From assembly GCF_009914755.1 (NCBI RefSeq), contig NC_060926.1: a DNA stretch of 64,000 bases. One strand, 5' to 3'. Below, one piece after another: positions 1-15,885 of the stretch. The stretch comes from the human T2T-CHM13v2.0 reference genome, Homo sapiens. Every line of letters begins with the position of its first letter. Position 1 is the first letter of the stretch. The notes beneath the pieces are model-generated. The model saw nothing but the letters and a program-made list of their open reading frames with translations. It made no database searches and was not told the origin of the DNA. Made by a program: the position numbers and the translations under genes.

Positions 1-1974
1 ATCCACAAAGCTCAAATATGAAAGAACCTCCTCTCATTTATGCTTACTCAACCCAAAAATTCATATCTTAGGTTATTCATGAAAAGGGTATCTTAGATCA
101 ATAGATCTGAAACATAATCCTCATCTGAATTATGTTTACACACATCAACGTACACATCCCCACAAGCCCAAGAACTGTGAAATTGTGAAGAATCAGAGAG
201 AGGTATGTTGCATGCATTAGCTGTCACCTTTTTTGTGCCTGCTACCCTAAATCAGATGTAACAGTTTATTTTTATTACCTATAGTTGATTTCTTGATACT
301 CTTTTTGGGGGGCCTGTAGCATTACCATCATTTCTTGTTTAATTGCTAGTAATCTTCCTCTCCCAACCTCCTAATGGCACAAGTTTTTTAGAATGGAAAA
401 TGAAATCTATTATTTACTGAGCTTTGCACAAAAACCATTAGATATTGATTTTTCTGTATTTCACTGTTGAGAAGAAAAGCTTATAAATGAATTAGCATCT
501 GCCTTGGTGCTTTATGTAAGGAAAAAAAAATACTTTAAAAGTTAAAGGAGTTGGTTTTGACAAAATAGGCTAAGTAGTGACAAAGAGATCTTCAAACATG
601 GGCAGTTTTAACATTAGCAATTCATTTACCTCAAAGCCTGAAATTAATACAATACCTTCAATTGTGGGACAGAGTGCAGTGCTACATTTACCAGCAGCCA
701 TGGAAAGGACAGAAAACTATTTTCAGCTTAGTTCTTCCTCACATTCCTTCCACTCCTCTTGCTTGATTTTTCTAGTGACTCTCCTAATACTAATGATCTC
801 CTACATATCTGCTAATGAACCTGGAGACTGTTTATTTCATAGAAACATGAGTTTATCACCCTAGTAGAAAGAAATCTGAGTTTGCAAAGTTAACATGCCC
901 AGTACTTCGCAGAAGTTAGTCTGCAGCTCAGGGGAAATGCCCCATGATACACGCAGTGCCCGAGCAGTGAACAGCCTTGCTGCCTCAGAGTAGCTTCTTA
1001 TAAAGATCAAAATAGTTCAGAGGAGACAAGAATCTTAGCCTTCTTTATTCAGTTTTGCTCATACAAATATGCTCATTTATTTTTTAAAAACAAAAGGATA
1101 CTAGTATTTTTGATATGATCTTAGAAGATCTAAAGAAGTCTAAGTCCCTGATACAGCTATGAAATATGACACTCACTGGACCGTCACTATTTAATGCAAC
1201 ATTGTTTGAGTTCAAGCTTAAGTGTGATAAAACTTTCTAACTATCCCTGACCTTTGTTTGAAATTGAATGCTTTTGGGTCTTATCCAGAGGTGTAAGACT
1301 ATAATTAACTTCATCAGATCCCCAAACTCTCATAACCTTTCATGTACCATGACTTTGGAGGACTACTATGTTTGAGTGGATATTTTTCTGTTTTTTCTAG
1401 GAAAAAAAGCCTCAGATCTGTGCTTAGGATTTATTGTCAAAAACTATGGGGAAGGAGAGAAGAAAATACAATTGTATTTGTGTTACAATCTCCTTTATAA
1501 CTTTTTCAAGACTGACCTTTTCTAATCAGATCAGAGTTTAAATCATTTTAATTTTTACCAGATGCACTGTAAGTCTCATATCCTGGCATTTGACCCCTGA
1601 ATCCCAATTGTCCTCTTTTCCTCCATTTTAAAACACATAGGAGCAAAACACAACACATTTTAAAAGATATAAAAAATAAAATTTTATAATTTGAAGATCC
1701 AGGTCCTTAACTATGACTTTTTTACTGAGCTCTAGATCTATATTTCCAACTGCCTGTACGAGGTATCTATGAGCAGTTCCAAAATTTTTAACAGTTCCAT
1801 AATTTTTAACATCTGGTAACATCCATCACACCATGAATTTGTCTTTCTTCTGTAGAACTGATAGTAGTATCTTCTGACTCCATAACTCTGGTGTATCCAT
1901 TCTTCTGTAAATATGAGATGAGAAAGGGAAAGAGAACTAACATTTGTTGAACTCTTTCAGTCACTTACATATGA

Positions 1975-3290
1975 ATTCATTCATTCTGCAAATATTGGGC
2001 ATCTGCTACATTCCAGGCTCTGTGATAGGCATGTAGGACACATGATGGGCACTACAGACAATCCAGAAGAGGATAAAGACATTGAACAAAGAAAGTACAC
2101 ACAAAATAATTTGTCACATGTGATACATGACATGAAATTAAAACACAATGTATATGTGTAATAAGAACATATAACTTAATGACCTAAACTAGTCTGGCCT
2201 CCAATATACTGTGAGAAAATGATATTTAAAGCTTTGGGTGAGTTGTAGTTCTCTAGGCAGGAACTACATCTTTATATATAAGACAGAGAATATGAAGTCC
2301 ATAAAGGAGACTGAGAAGCAGCATCCAGTGATGTGGAAGGAAATACAGGAGAGTGTGGAATTGAAAAAGCGTCTTCCAAAATAAAAGCAGGGTAGTCCTC
2401 TGTGTCAAATGACCCTCAGAGCTAAAATGAGTTCAGAGAGAAAAGGGTCCACTAAATTCAACTGGCAACGTGATGACTGGACCCTGAGCAAAAGAGAGAA
2501 TAGGACTTTGAAAGCTAGAAGACTTTATCCACTACACAAGAAGGAAAAGGAGAGAAAGGTACTGATATTGACAAGTTTGTAAATTGGTTGGTGGAATAAT
2601 GAGGGTGTTCTTTCCAATGGCTTTTACCTTCTCATTGAAGAATGAAGTGAAGTCATCAGCTATGGGGAATGAGGGGCTACGAAAAGCAGGATGTGGGCAT
2701 GTAAGCAAAGAAAGTATAAAGCAGTTATTTCATCAAATAGAAAGGCAAACCTTATAGTGGGTAAGAATGCTTGGCAATCTTGATTGTCTATTTGAATTTT
2801 CTATCTTGAATTTAAAGTGAAACCAGTCACCTCAGTTGAGTAATTTTCTCAAATAACTGGAGTTGGGATTTGCCAGATGAGTATGGAAGAGGAAGAGAAA
2901 GCAAAGAAATTGAGGGTATCTTCAAGGGTATCAGTATTGCAGTAGACCATGATATCTCACATAGACAAGAAGGCCAGAGGCTTAGCAGATAGTAAGCAGT
3001 AGCTGATGGATAGGTAATCTCAACATGGTAAAAAAAAAAAAAAAAAACAGCAGTGATGATACTGCAACAAATCATCTGGAATGAAAAGAGGCAGCAGGCA
3101 AAGAATGGGATTCTTAGAATTAATATTACAATGCTGGCACCACTGCTAGCACCACTGAAAGGCCCAGAACTGCTCATGGAAGTGAGTGGCTGGGGTAGAA
3201 TAGACAAGCAGGTTAGTAAAGTGAAGAAATCAGTGCACTAGATGGATCATCTACCTTATCATCACAGCTATCAAAACAGCAGCAGGAATG
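1975..3290 (-). mobile_element. Degraded L2 fragments
   Basis: attcattcattctgcaaatattgggcatctgctacattccaggc (antisense L2 3' end) and aaggagactgagaag. Confidence 0.5.
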
Positions 3291-3639
3291 GATGCCATGG
3301 TGGAACTTGTTCAGATAGCCCTTAAAACAGAAGATGGGCAATATACCACTTGGCCATTCAGGAGGTCAATTCCACTATCCTTCTAGAAACAAGGCGATAG
3401 TAAAACATCCCTAGATTCCACCCCATGGAACACATTCCCTCTTCCCAAAATTGCAAGTCATCAAATGGACACTTAATGGAAAACCGACAGGGTCTTATTG
3501 TTCCTAGGGCATTAACAAACAAACAAAACACCCGAACCCTAGAGTCCTGGTGTCAATGATGAAAGGGAAGAAAACGAACAACAACAACAACAACAGCACA
3601 ACTCCTGCAGATTCAGAAATCAACTATATTAAACTAGGA

Positions 3640-4355
<716 letters not shown>

Positions 4356-5059
4356 GTCCTATTAACAAAAAATAAGACATTTCTTTCATTTTTTTATAAA
4401 AGGAAGTGTGTCTTGACTTAGTAACCATTCATTACCTATGTAAAACAATATTTATTTCCTACACCTATACACAGGGCAAAGAATATCATATTAAATTTTA
4501 TTTTGGATTACACCAGTATATGGAAAATGTGATGAAGTTGACTGGTGAACCTAGGCGATATAACAAGGCTTTACAAAGTAAAAGTAACATTTGCTCAACT
4601 TAGCTGTAAAAACAAACCTCAAATATTGTAATAAAGGACTCAATTCACAGTAATTTGCACTTTGTAAAAGAAATTGCTTAAGACTGACAGAACTAACGCT
4701 ATATTAATAAGAAAAGGAAATTCAGTTTATTCCTTTTTGTCTTTGGAAAATTTCAAATAAACTGCCTTTCACAAGTTTTCTGCATCCAAGAGTTATTCAG
4801 AATATCCAAAATATAGAAAGAGTCAATACAATTATGCTTGTTTTCCCTCATGACTTCTGAAGTGTTGTTTTGAGATAGACTCTAAGGAAGTCAATTAACA
4901 AAAAGAAAAGGGGGCTTCACAGCCTCTAGAACACCATGTGTCCACTCAATGCCAAGTATTGAAAAGAGGTGAAAGGAAAGGGAGTGCCAGTCACCTATTT
5001 GCTCTTTCATTCCATGTCATTGGCACATATTGTGCCTGATACGAGTAAGTGTCCCTTAT

Positions 5060-6180
5060 ATTTTTTATTAATACATAATAGATGGACATATTTTCAGAGT
5101 ACATTGATATTTTCATACATTCATATAATGTGTAAATATCAAGTTATAGGGTAATATCCACCACATTAAACATTCCTCTTTATGCTGTGAACATGTGAAT
5201 TATTGTACATATTGAAATGTACAAGTAGATTATTGTTAACTATAGTCTCCATACTGATCTATCAAACACTAGGTCTTCCTCCTAACTAACTGTATATTTG
5301 TCCTCATTAATCATCCTCTCTTCATTCCCTCCTCCACGCTACCATTCCCAGCCTCTGATAACCACAAATCTACTCTCCAGCTCCATGAGATTCACTTTTT
5401 TCTGTTTTTAGCTCCCATATATGAAGGAGAACGTGTGATATTGGTCTTTCTGGGCTTGGCTTATTTCATTTAACATAATGACCTCCAGTTCCATTTTCCT
5501 TCAAATGACAGGATTTCACTTTTTTTAATAGCTGAACAATATGTCATTGTGCATATATACTACATTCTCTTTATCCATTCATCCACTAATCAGCACTTAG
5601 GTTGATTCTACATTTTGGCTATTGTGAATAGCACTGCAGTAAACATTGGAATACAGATATTCTTCAATGTATTAATTCCCTTTCTTTTGGATATATACCC
5701 AGTAATAAAATTGCTGGATCATATGGTAGTTCTATTTTTAGTTTTTTGAAGAACTCCCTATTGTTTTCCTTAGTGGCTATACTAATTTACATTCCCACCA
5801 ACAGTATACTAGAGTTCCCCTTTTTCCACATCCTCGCTACCGTCTATTGTTCCATCTTTTTGATAAAAGCCATTCAAACTGGGGTGAGATATCTCACTGT
5901 GGTTTTGATTTGCATTTATCTGATTAGTGATGTTGAAAATTTTTTCGTATACCTGTTGGCCATTTGTAAGTCTTCTTTTGAGAAATGTCTGCTCAGATCT
6001 TTTGCCCATTTTTAGATTATTTGTTGTTTTTTGTTTTGTTTTTGCTATTGAATTGTCAGAGTTGCTTATATATTCTGGTTATTAAGCTCTTGCCAGATAC
6101 TTTGCAAATATTTTCCCTCATTCTATGGATTGTCTTTTCACTTTGTTGATTGTTTCCTTTGATGTGCAGAAGCTTTTTGG
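5060..6180 (-). mobile_element. L1MA-like 3' fragment
   Basis: Antisense L1 3' UTR and ORF2 end (ttatttcatttaacataatgacctccagttcc; tcttttgagaaatgtctgctcagatc). Confidence 0.8.
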
Positions 6181-6332
6181 CAGGACAAATCATTACATTT
6201 CTAATGAATGGTGAGATCGGTGGACTAAAACCAAATAAAGTTTCAGTACTAGGGACTTAGAAAAGCAATGGTGTCACATACTTAAATGAGAAAGTTACAA
6301 AAGAGAAAGTTTTAATTAAACAATTACTTCAG

Positions 6333-6649
6333 GGCTGGGCACGGTGGCTCACGCCTGTAATCCCAGCACTCTGGGAGGCTGAGGTGGTTGGATCACCTGA
6401 GATCAGGAGTTAGAGACCAGCCTGGCCAACATGGTGAAACCCCTTCTCTATTAAAAATACAAAAATTAGCCAGGCGTGGTGGCGGGTGCCTGTAATCACA
6501 GCTACTCAGGAGGCTAAGACAGGAGAATTGCTTGAACCCAGGACATGGAGGTTGCAGTGAGCTGAGATCGTGCTATTGCACTCCAGCCTGAGCAACAGAG
6601 TGAGACTCCATCTCAAAAAAACAAAACAAAACAAAAAACAAAAAAAAAA
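6333..6649 (+). mobile_element. AluS
   Basis: Full dimeric Alu with A-rich tail. Confidence 0.95.
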
Positions 6650-8819
6650 CAACTTCAGTAATTAAATACATTATTTTTGAAGTACTCAAAGAGTACCCAG
6701 GTAGAAGTGTTACAGGAGGGAAATGTGGTCCTAGAGAGTAATCACAACTAGAGTCATAAAAATGATAATTCAGCCTATGTAGCTTGATGAACTCCAACAG
6801 GAGGAATCCCTATGAGGAGAGAGGAACAGAAGCCAAGCACAGAGCCTCAGTGACTGTCTATAGCTGAGGGACAAGCAGAGAAGAACTAGGACAATTTGGG
6901 TAATAGCTCAAGGAGAGAAATGCTTAGGAAAGAGAACTGGTCAAAAGTATCAGTTGTTGCAAAGTAATGGGGAAAAAAAATCCTATAGTTTTAAGCTACT
7001 GTAAAATCACAAAAATACTATTTGTCTATCCTTTTTTTTCCAATAAGGTGTGGAAGTTGGCTCTACAGTCAGTAAACATTTGTACCAAAGAAAAAAACTG
7101 AACTTCTTCCCAAAATTGGTAGTAAGCCAGCAGGGAGGAAAGAAGTGTAATAGAAAGAAAGAGAGGGAATGGGTCTATACTACCCAAGCTAAGCATAAAT
7201 CATGTCAGCAAAAGTGGGAGTGGCTGGGCAGGCCTGGCAGCTGCAGTCATCAGGAATCTCCAGTTGCTCAGTGGCCACCAGGCAGCTACCCAGAGGAGCT
7301 TCTCTGGAGCACCTTTGGAACAGCGCCAAGAGCAGGTTAGTGAAAACTCTGGGAGAGCATCTGACTTACACTAATGTTCCCTAATTTAAGATAAATCAGA
7401 AGGGAACTCAGATCAATACAATCTGATTTTATATTAGGAAACAGGCCCCAAGAAATAATTTGGTCACATTTATATATTTAGTGTCAGAATTTACCAACTC
7501 TATCTCCGCTCTGGAGACATTTGTGTTTTTCAAATGTGAAAGTTCATAAATTGGTCACCCTCACAAAGCAGAAAATTGGAAGAATTACTTTTTGGAATTA
7601 TTTTAATTAAAAAAAACCCTTTGCATTGGACCACTTGAATATCTGCTTTAATTTTCTGTGTGCTGATTTGATAGATCAAGTGACTAGGTGAAATAGAACA
7701 AAAATTGTTTTCCTCCATATTACACGCTATGGAAATAAAGAGCATCTATTCCTTATTACAATAGTGAATTTGCAACAGTAAAACGTACAGTTGGATGCTG
7801 TTCAGAGTCATTATCTCAAAAAAAGAAAAAGAAAAAATAGTTAAGCTTTGAGGCAAAGAATATATTAACTAGAGTGAAAGAATTTCTTTTCCAAATTCCA
7901 GACAGAAACAGCTTGACACTTTGGAAAGAGGTCCTTATGTGGGTTACAGTGTTTTCATGCCTTCCTCATTTCCTGTTTTATCATGATCAACCTCAGCTGT
8001 TACATTTCTCCAAAGCATAAATTTTTGAGTGTGAACAAATTATATTTCCTTTTCAGAACATGTGAACATGTTAGTGTTTTTTTCACAAACAGAATGAGCT
8101 TTGGTTTTGCCTATTTGTTTTCATCACTCTCATTATGCCAGAGAACTGGAAAACATTTTTAAAAGACGAACAGTAAACACTGACTCTGAGAACACCACAT
8201 TCGTTCTAGGTAGTTTTACATGTTGAACTGTTTTTTGTATATTGTTGATAGTGTTGTTGATGTGTTTTCTTTCTTTCATACATTGAAGTGCTATATTACT
8301 CTAACCATAACTTTGGAACAAATTGGTAACATATACATGTCCTTGGCCAGAAATTTTGACCCACCAATTGCAGTTTTATACAAATGAGCTTTTCAGTTCG
8401 GGTTGAGAAAACATAATAGAAGGAGTGACCCTTCAAATAGCAACATTACTGGACAGCAATGATTTCCAACTGATTTCATGATATTGAAAAACATTATCAA
8501 TTATATAAAGTAACAAAACAATTCTAAAATAATTTTAATTTACTTATGTATTTAATGGGATAAATATTTGTTGGGACACCTTTGGTAGACATTCCCTCAG
8601 ATCAAACATATCACCATGATAAGATTCAGTGGAAGTCAACAGAGAAAACTGTCCCAATGTAATGAAAGTTGATATTTCAAACTTATTTACAACTTAATAA
8701 AATAAATGTTTCATTTCCACAGATAAGACACCTTATAAGGCAGGACATACTCACCAAAATCAGTGCAAAATACTAGAGGAAAGTGAAATGGAATATATGG
8801 TACTCATCGCAGCTATCAT

Positions 8820-9240
8820 ATTGTAGAAATAAATGCAGCATTAGTCATTGTAACAAAAACTGAAAACAACCCAAATATCCATGAACATTAGAATGAATAA
8901 AGTGTACCACATTCAATGATAGAATACAATATAGCAATTAAAGTGAAAAACTACTGCTATACACAGCCTAATGAAAAGCATAGGAAGTCACATGCATATA
9001 CAAAAATACATACTGTAGAATTCCATTTATATAAAGTTCAAGATCAGGCAAAATGAATTTATGGTACTAGAATTCCTGGGAGTAGTTACCTTTGAAGAGA
9101 AGGGTGGGGGTAGTGACTTGGAGGCTTCTGGAGTGCTGGTAATGTTACATATCTTGGTTGCAGAGAGTGGTTACTTTGTGAAAATGCACATTTATGATTT
9201 GTGCACTTTTCTGCATGCATGTTATACTTTAATGGTTTAT
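8820..9240 (+). mobile_element. Old L1ME-like 3' fragment
   Basis: aaaactgaaaacaacccaaatatcc and attccatttatataaagttcaa are L1M 3' motifs. Confidence 0.6.
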
Positions 9241-9259
9241 TTTATGGTAAGATGGAATA

Positions 9260-12200
9260 AGTAGATTCCATCTTGTTTCTCCCACTGAAAGCAGATCTGA
9301 AACCTGAACAGAGTGCATGAAGCAGCAACATAAGAACTCTAAAACGTAATACAAGCATAACAGGAAGACTGGGGGGAGAAAATAATACCATAAAACTATA
9401 GTGGGCTCATCATTTTTTCCCTCTGGTATCCACCAGTCTGGTGTCAACACAGCCTGTATCGTAGAGGCAAGCATTTTGCAGACAGAGTACACTCCAGTTC
9501 TAACTCAAGAAGTGGAAAGGATCTCTAACATATCAGCCTCTTGCATTCCATTCCTCCAGGCATCCTGGGACTGTGGTAACAGCAACGGCTGCAACAAGGG
9601 AGACCCTCAGGAGCCCAAAACTTTGATGAAGGAGAGAATCTTACCCTCTGATTGGAGGACTTGTAGTTCCAAAAGACTGGGGCAAATCCCCATTACTTTG
9701 TCTCTCTCTCTCTTTCTCTGTCCTCCCACCACTTGGCCCCATAGGAAGGAGCAGTCACAAGAAGCAAATCACAGAGTAGGATAAAGCTTTCTAGCCAAAG
9801 GACCAAAACGGGGGAATTCCAAGGAACTGAAAAGTGCAAGGGAGATCAGAGAGATAAAGGAGCCTGGGAAAGGATTTTGTAAAGTTGTTTATGAACTACT
9901 GAAGTCACCCCTGGGCATGTGTGACTCTGACATAAAACAGTGTATCACAGATTTCAAAAACTGCACTGTAGGATAAAGTATTGCTCTGACCTCATACTGG
10001 CCACTGAGTGGTATACATGTGGGATAGATATGGAAGGTACTTCGAAGGCTTTGGAAATGGAACTGACATTAAAATCACAACCCACAGAAGACCAGTCAGA
10101 ATTTGCAGCCTAATCCTAACTAGGTTAACTGTTGCTAAAATTAAAAAAAGAAAATCAGCATTTTCCATATAACTTTAAGTAAACAAGACCCAAAGCTTTA
10201 TTGCATGATATTCAAAATGTCCAGGATTCAACCCAAAATTACTCTACACATGAAGATGTAGAGAAAAAAATGTTGACTTGAGTGGGACAAGACAATTAGG
10301 TGACACAGATGACTTTACGGTAGCTATGATTAAAATGCCTCACAAATTAAGGGTGAATACCCTTGAAATAAATGGAAAGATAGAAAGTCTTACCAAAGAA
10401 ATACAAAATATAATGAAGAATCAAATGGAACTTTTAACTTTGAAAAATATACTAACAAATAAAAACTATCTGGATGTGTTTCAGAGAGTAGGAGATTGAA
10501 CAAGACCAACGAAAGAGTCAATGAACTTGTCGCTAGGCCAATAGAAATTACCTAATCTAAACAAGAGAGAAAAAAGATTAGGAGAAAAAATTAACAGAGC
10601 CTCTCTGGGGCCTGTGGAACAATATCAGAAGATCTAACATTCATATCATCATAGAAGAGACTATTGTGTAAAAAGCAAGTATTTGAAGAAATAATTCCTA
10701 AGCACTTCTCAAATTTGGCTAACATTATAAATTTATAGATTCAAGAAGCTCAGATAACCCTAAACAGGGTAAACTCAAAGGAATCAATGCCCAGACATGT
10801 AATAATTAAAGCACTAAAAACTAAAGACACAGGAAAAAAAAATCAAATGCAACCAAAGAAAACTGATGTATTACTTACAGGGAAACAATTATTTGCAAGA
10901 CTGCCAATTTCCCATGAGAAACATTGAAGCCAGAAGGAAGTGGAATATTTTTTATGTGCTAAATGTACTGCAAACCTAGAATTCTGTATGCAGTGAAAAT
11001 ATCCTTTAGGAATGAAGGTGAAATGAGAATATTTTCAGGTAAAGGAAAAAAGAAGTTTTTGCCAGCAGAACTGCTTTAAAACAAGTACAAAAAATACTTA
11101 AGAAAGTTCTTCAGACAGAACTTCTGTCTGAAGAACAGAAGAGAAAGAATACCAGAAGGAAGTATGGAATGTTGGAAAAGAAGGAAGAATAATAGAAATT
11201 AAAACATCTGTAAAAATACAGTAGGCTACTATTCTCCTCAAGTTGTTTAAAAGATATGTAATTGTTAAAAGAAAAAATATAAAATTATCTCATGAGGATA
11301 TATATATATCTCACATACGTGTGTGTGTGTGAGAGAGAGAGAGAGAGATACAATCCAAAAGAAAGAAGAGAATGTGAATAAAAAGGAGAGGGCACAAACA
11401 GAAAATAAAACAGTAGATCTAAATACAAATATGAATAACTACATTAGCTGCAAATGGTCAAAACATACCAATCAAAAGACAAAGATCAACAGTATGGATT
11501 TTTTTAAAAAGACCCAACTATATGATGTCTACAAGAAATGTATTTAAAACACAATGACTTAAGTATGTTAAAAGTAGGATAGAAAAAGTTTTGCCCTGCA
11601 AACACTAATCAAATGACAGCTGAATTACCTATAGCAATATCAGAAAAAATATAATTTAGAGCAGAGAAAATTACCAAGGATAAAAGGACACTACATAATG
11701 AAAACATCAATTCACCAATAAGACATAAAAAATATTAAACAAGTATGTACCAAACAGAGCTTCAAAATACATGAAGCAAAACTGACAGACTGAAAAAAGA
11801 AATAGAAAAATCCACAATATTTGGAGACCTAATCACCCTTCTCTCGGTAATCAATAGATCTAGTAGACAGAAAATCAGCAAGAATATAAAAGAACTAAAT
11901 AACAGTATTAATCAACTAAATTGAATTGACATTTAAAGGACATTCCACCCAACAGCAAAATACTCTTTTTTCTAAGTGTACATGGAACATTCACCAAGAC
12001 AGATTATATCCTGGATCAGAGAATAAACCTTAATAAATCTAAAAGAACTGAAATCACACAAAGTATATTCTTCAACAGTAGAATTTGAAAAATAGCAAAG
12101 ATAATAGGAAAATCCTCAAAAAGCAGCAAATTAAACAGCATAATCCCAAATGATGCACAAGTCAAAGGAAATATCAAGGAAAAATATAAAATATTTTGAA

Positions 12201-13612
12201 CTGAAGAAAAATGAAACTATCAAAATTTGTGAGATGCAACTAAAGTCATTCTTAGATGGGTATTTATAGCATTACATTATATTAGAAGAAAGGTCTTGGC
12301 CGGACATGGTGGCTCACGTGTGTAATCCCAGCACTCTGTAAGGCCAAGGTGGGTGGATCACCTGAGATCAAGTGTTAGAGACCAGCTGGCCAACATGGTG
12401 AAATCTTGTCTCTACTAATAATACAAAAATTAGCTGGGTGTGGTGGTGCACACCTGTAATCCTAGCTAGTTGGGAGGCTGAGGCAGAATTGCTTGAACCC
12501 AGGAAGTGGAGGTTGTGGTGAGCTGAGATTGCATCACGGCACTCCAGCCTGGGCAACAGAGCAAGACTCCATCTCAAAAAAAAAAAAAAAGTCTCAAAAC
12601 ACAATATAAGCTTCTACTCTAAGAAACAAAAGAAAAAGCAAAATAAACCTCTAAAGCAAGCAAGCAGAAGGAAATAATCAATAAAATTGAAAACAGTGAA
12701 ACAATAGAGAAAATGAATAAAACCAAAAGATGTTTTTTGTATCCAGAATATGTAAAGAACCCTCAGAACTCATTAAGAAAACAACCCAACTTAAAATGGG
12801 CAAAATTATTGAACATTTTACCAAAAAGCATATATGTGGATAGCAAATAAACACATGAAAATGTATTCAGCATCATTAGCCATTAGGGAAATGCAATTTA
12901 AAACCATGATGAGCTATTATCACATACCTATTAAAATGGCTAACAATAAAATATATTGATAATACCAAGGGCTCGCAAAGATATAGAACAACTGGAACTC
13001 TTATACATTACTAGCACAAAATTGAACAGCCATCTTGGAAACAGTTTGGCACTTTTTTACAAAGCTAAACATATACTTACCATATAACCCAGTGATCCTA
13101 TTCCTACTTATTTAGCCTAGAGAAATAAAAACTTACATTCCCACAAAAACCTGTACTGGAATGTTTATAGTAGCTCTATTCGCGATTGCTCCAAACTGGA
13201 GACAACCCAAACTTCCTTGAAGGAGTGAATGGGTGAACAAATGGTCATACATCCAAGTAATAAAATATTCTGTAATAAAAAGGAATGCACCATTGATATA
13301 TGCAGCAATTGGTTAAGTCTCAAAGGCGTACTGTCAGTCTGTCTATATGGACAATCGAACCTCAAATAGAGAAAACTATAGTGATAAAGAAAAGATGAGT
13401 GATTGCCAGTGGATGAAGATAGGGAAAACTTGTAATTATAAAGGGATACAGCTTGAAGGAGTTTTGGGAGGTGATGGAATTGTTCTGTATCCTGATGTGG
13501 TGGTGGTTACATAAATCTCTACATAATATTAAAATTCATCTGTACCAAACTATATGTCCAAATAAAAGTCCAATTTTACTACGTGCTAATTTTAAAAATA
13601 AAATTAATATAA
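9260..13612 (+). mobile_element. Old L1M (L1MC/MD-like) relic: 5' region, ORF1, ORF2 endonuclease part, internal deletion near 12738, 3' end
   Basis: A-rich decayed L1 motifs (gattcaagaagctcag, ctagaattctgtatgcagtgaaaatatcc, gacccaactatatgatgtctacaagaaa) that jump abruptly to ORF2 C-terminal and 3' UTR sequence. Confidence 0.75.
12298..12590 (+). mobile_element. AluS inside the old L1M
   Basis: Full dimeric Alu with poly(A). Confidence 0.95.
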
Positions 13613-13744
13613 ATGAGGGAATTTTAAAAAGTTTACTTGTAAAATGTAGGGCACAAGCTTCCCCATGAATGACTTAAGTATCTAAATTACATCAATGACT
13701 AATCTGACCACAAATGAAAACCAGGAAGATAATGATATACTCAC

Positions 13745-13792
13745 CACTGCTTGCCCCTCTACAGTTTCCGTTACTAGAATCCATAGGAAAAT
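13745..13792 (-). CDS. FRZB: FRZB coding exon 2 (48 nt, DFPMDSSNGNCRGASS linker)
   Basis: Minus strand reads cctttcag|ATTTTCCTATGGATTCTAGTAACGGAAACTGTAGAGGGGCAAGCAGTG|gtgagt. Canonical AG/GT ends, phase 1-1, in frame with exon 1. Too short for the ORF track. Confidence 0.95.
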
Positions 13793-15545
13793 CTGAAAGG
13801 AGGTGACAGAAAAAAGAACTATAACATATCTATTTCAAGAATTCCTAAAGATAAAAATCTAACTCAGTCACAAGTTTGATTTGGGTAAGAATCCAATTGT
13901 CTGAAGGAAGTAGATTTTTATTAACGTCATGAGGTCGGCATTCTTATCATTCATGGGTTGAGTATGGATGAGACTTATTTTTTCATGTGGTTATAAGGAA
14001 ATACTCTTCTGAATACTCAACTGTGCATAAAATTTTAGAATTTAATAATTTATTTGAATTTCACAAAATTTGTAAATGATAAGCATCCTATCATGATAAA
14101 GCCTATGCAAATATTAGGCACTCATCCAACACTTATGACTTGATGACAAAAAAAAAACCAAACGCATCTTCAATAAATGGACATATCACACTGAACTGGT
14201 ATATATTTAAATCCTTAGTTCCTAAACGAACACTCAGAAATCATTCTCATGTCCTTTAACTGCAGGCTAAATAATTCTTCAACAGAAAAGAAACCTACTA
14301 TTCAGGGACTATTCAAGCCAGTGCAATTAATAGATGTGACAATAATTAGAAATTGCTATTGATTCTTTTTAGGATGCCATAATCCCAGAAAATAGTAATG
14401 ATAAAGGTTTTCTGTGTTCTAATTAAGAAAGCAGCCTCTAATGAATAACAGTGCACCAGCGGAACACCGTGCTGAGAGATGCTGTACCTAGCAATATATC
14501 CTTATTGACACTCCAATTTAGTACTTTATATAAGAGTTTTACATTTGTAGTAACACTTTATGCTAAACTAATTTAATGCCTCTATTTATTCTAGGAGAAA
14601 ATAGTATTCTTCCTTTGTCCTTTTTGTTTATAGGTCCTATCAGGAATAAATTAAACAAGGGGTTAATACTATTTTAGGACTATAACACCCACAATTACAA
14701 TTAATGAATTACTTTCCCAGGTTTAGTAATCATCAGCAAGTATTTAAAAAGCAATATCCAAGAAAAGATAGCAGTCAGCAAACAAACAGATAAGCAAGTA
14801 ACAAACACTAATTCTAAAACATTTGGCTCAACTTGGGCATAAACTATTAATTACTAATACTTTCATTATATTCAAACATTTATTCATGATAAATGTACCC
14901 AAGTATTACAGTAACGTGCCAGTGGTTTTTCTATTTCTGAATAATCATGTGATAAACTACATACAAAAATAATGTCTTCATAAAGGAAGAAATTATATTG
15001 GCCCATATTTGAAATGTTTATTGTTCAAAGGTAGAAATAAGAGTGAAAAATAAAACTTTGCTTGGTGAAAGGGAATCACTTCAAAATAGCTAAGCCAAGG
15101 AGAGTGTTTTACTTCTTCCATTCTTATTCAAAGGAAAATGTTTCTACGCTTTTACAAATGCTTAGAAGTCAATTGTTAGAACTGTAAGACAGAAAACAAA
15201 AATTTTCTAATAATTGATCAAAAAATTATTGTCAGAAAGTTAAACTTAGGAATTCTAACAACAAATTACCCTAAATGAAAATATATATTATTAGTAAGGA
15301 TTTTAAGCAAAAGATTTGCATTTCAGAAAAAATGTCTATTGGAATATGGAGGGGAAATACTGGAGATAAGAGAGACCATTATCATCCTATGGCCATAATC
15401 CTGGTGAGAAATGGTAAGGTCCAAACTAAGAAAGTAGCATTAGAGAGGGAGAGAAGGGAATTTGAGTCAGAGTAGACCAAACAGCATGTGATACCTATTG
15501 AGTGAGGGGAATGAGGAAAAAGGTAGAATCAAGACTGCTTCCCAC

Positions 15546-15885
<340 letters not shown>

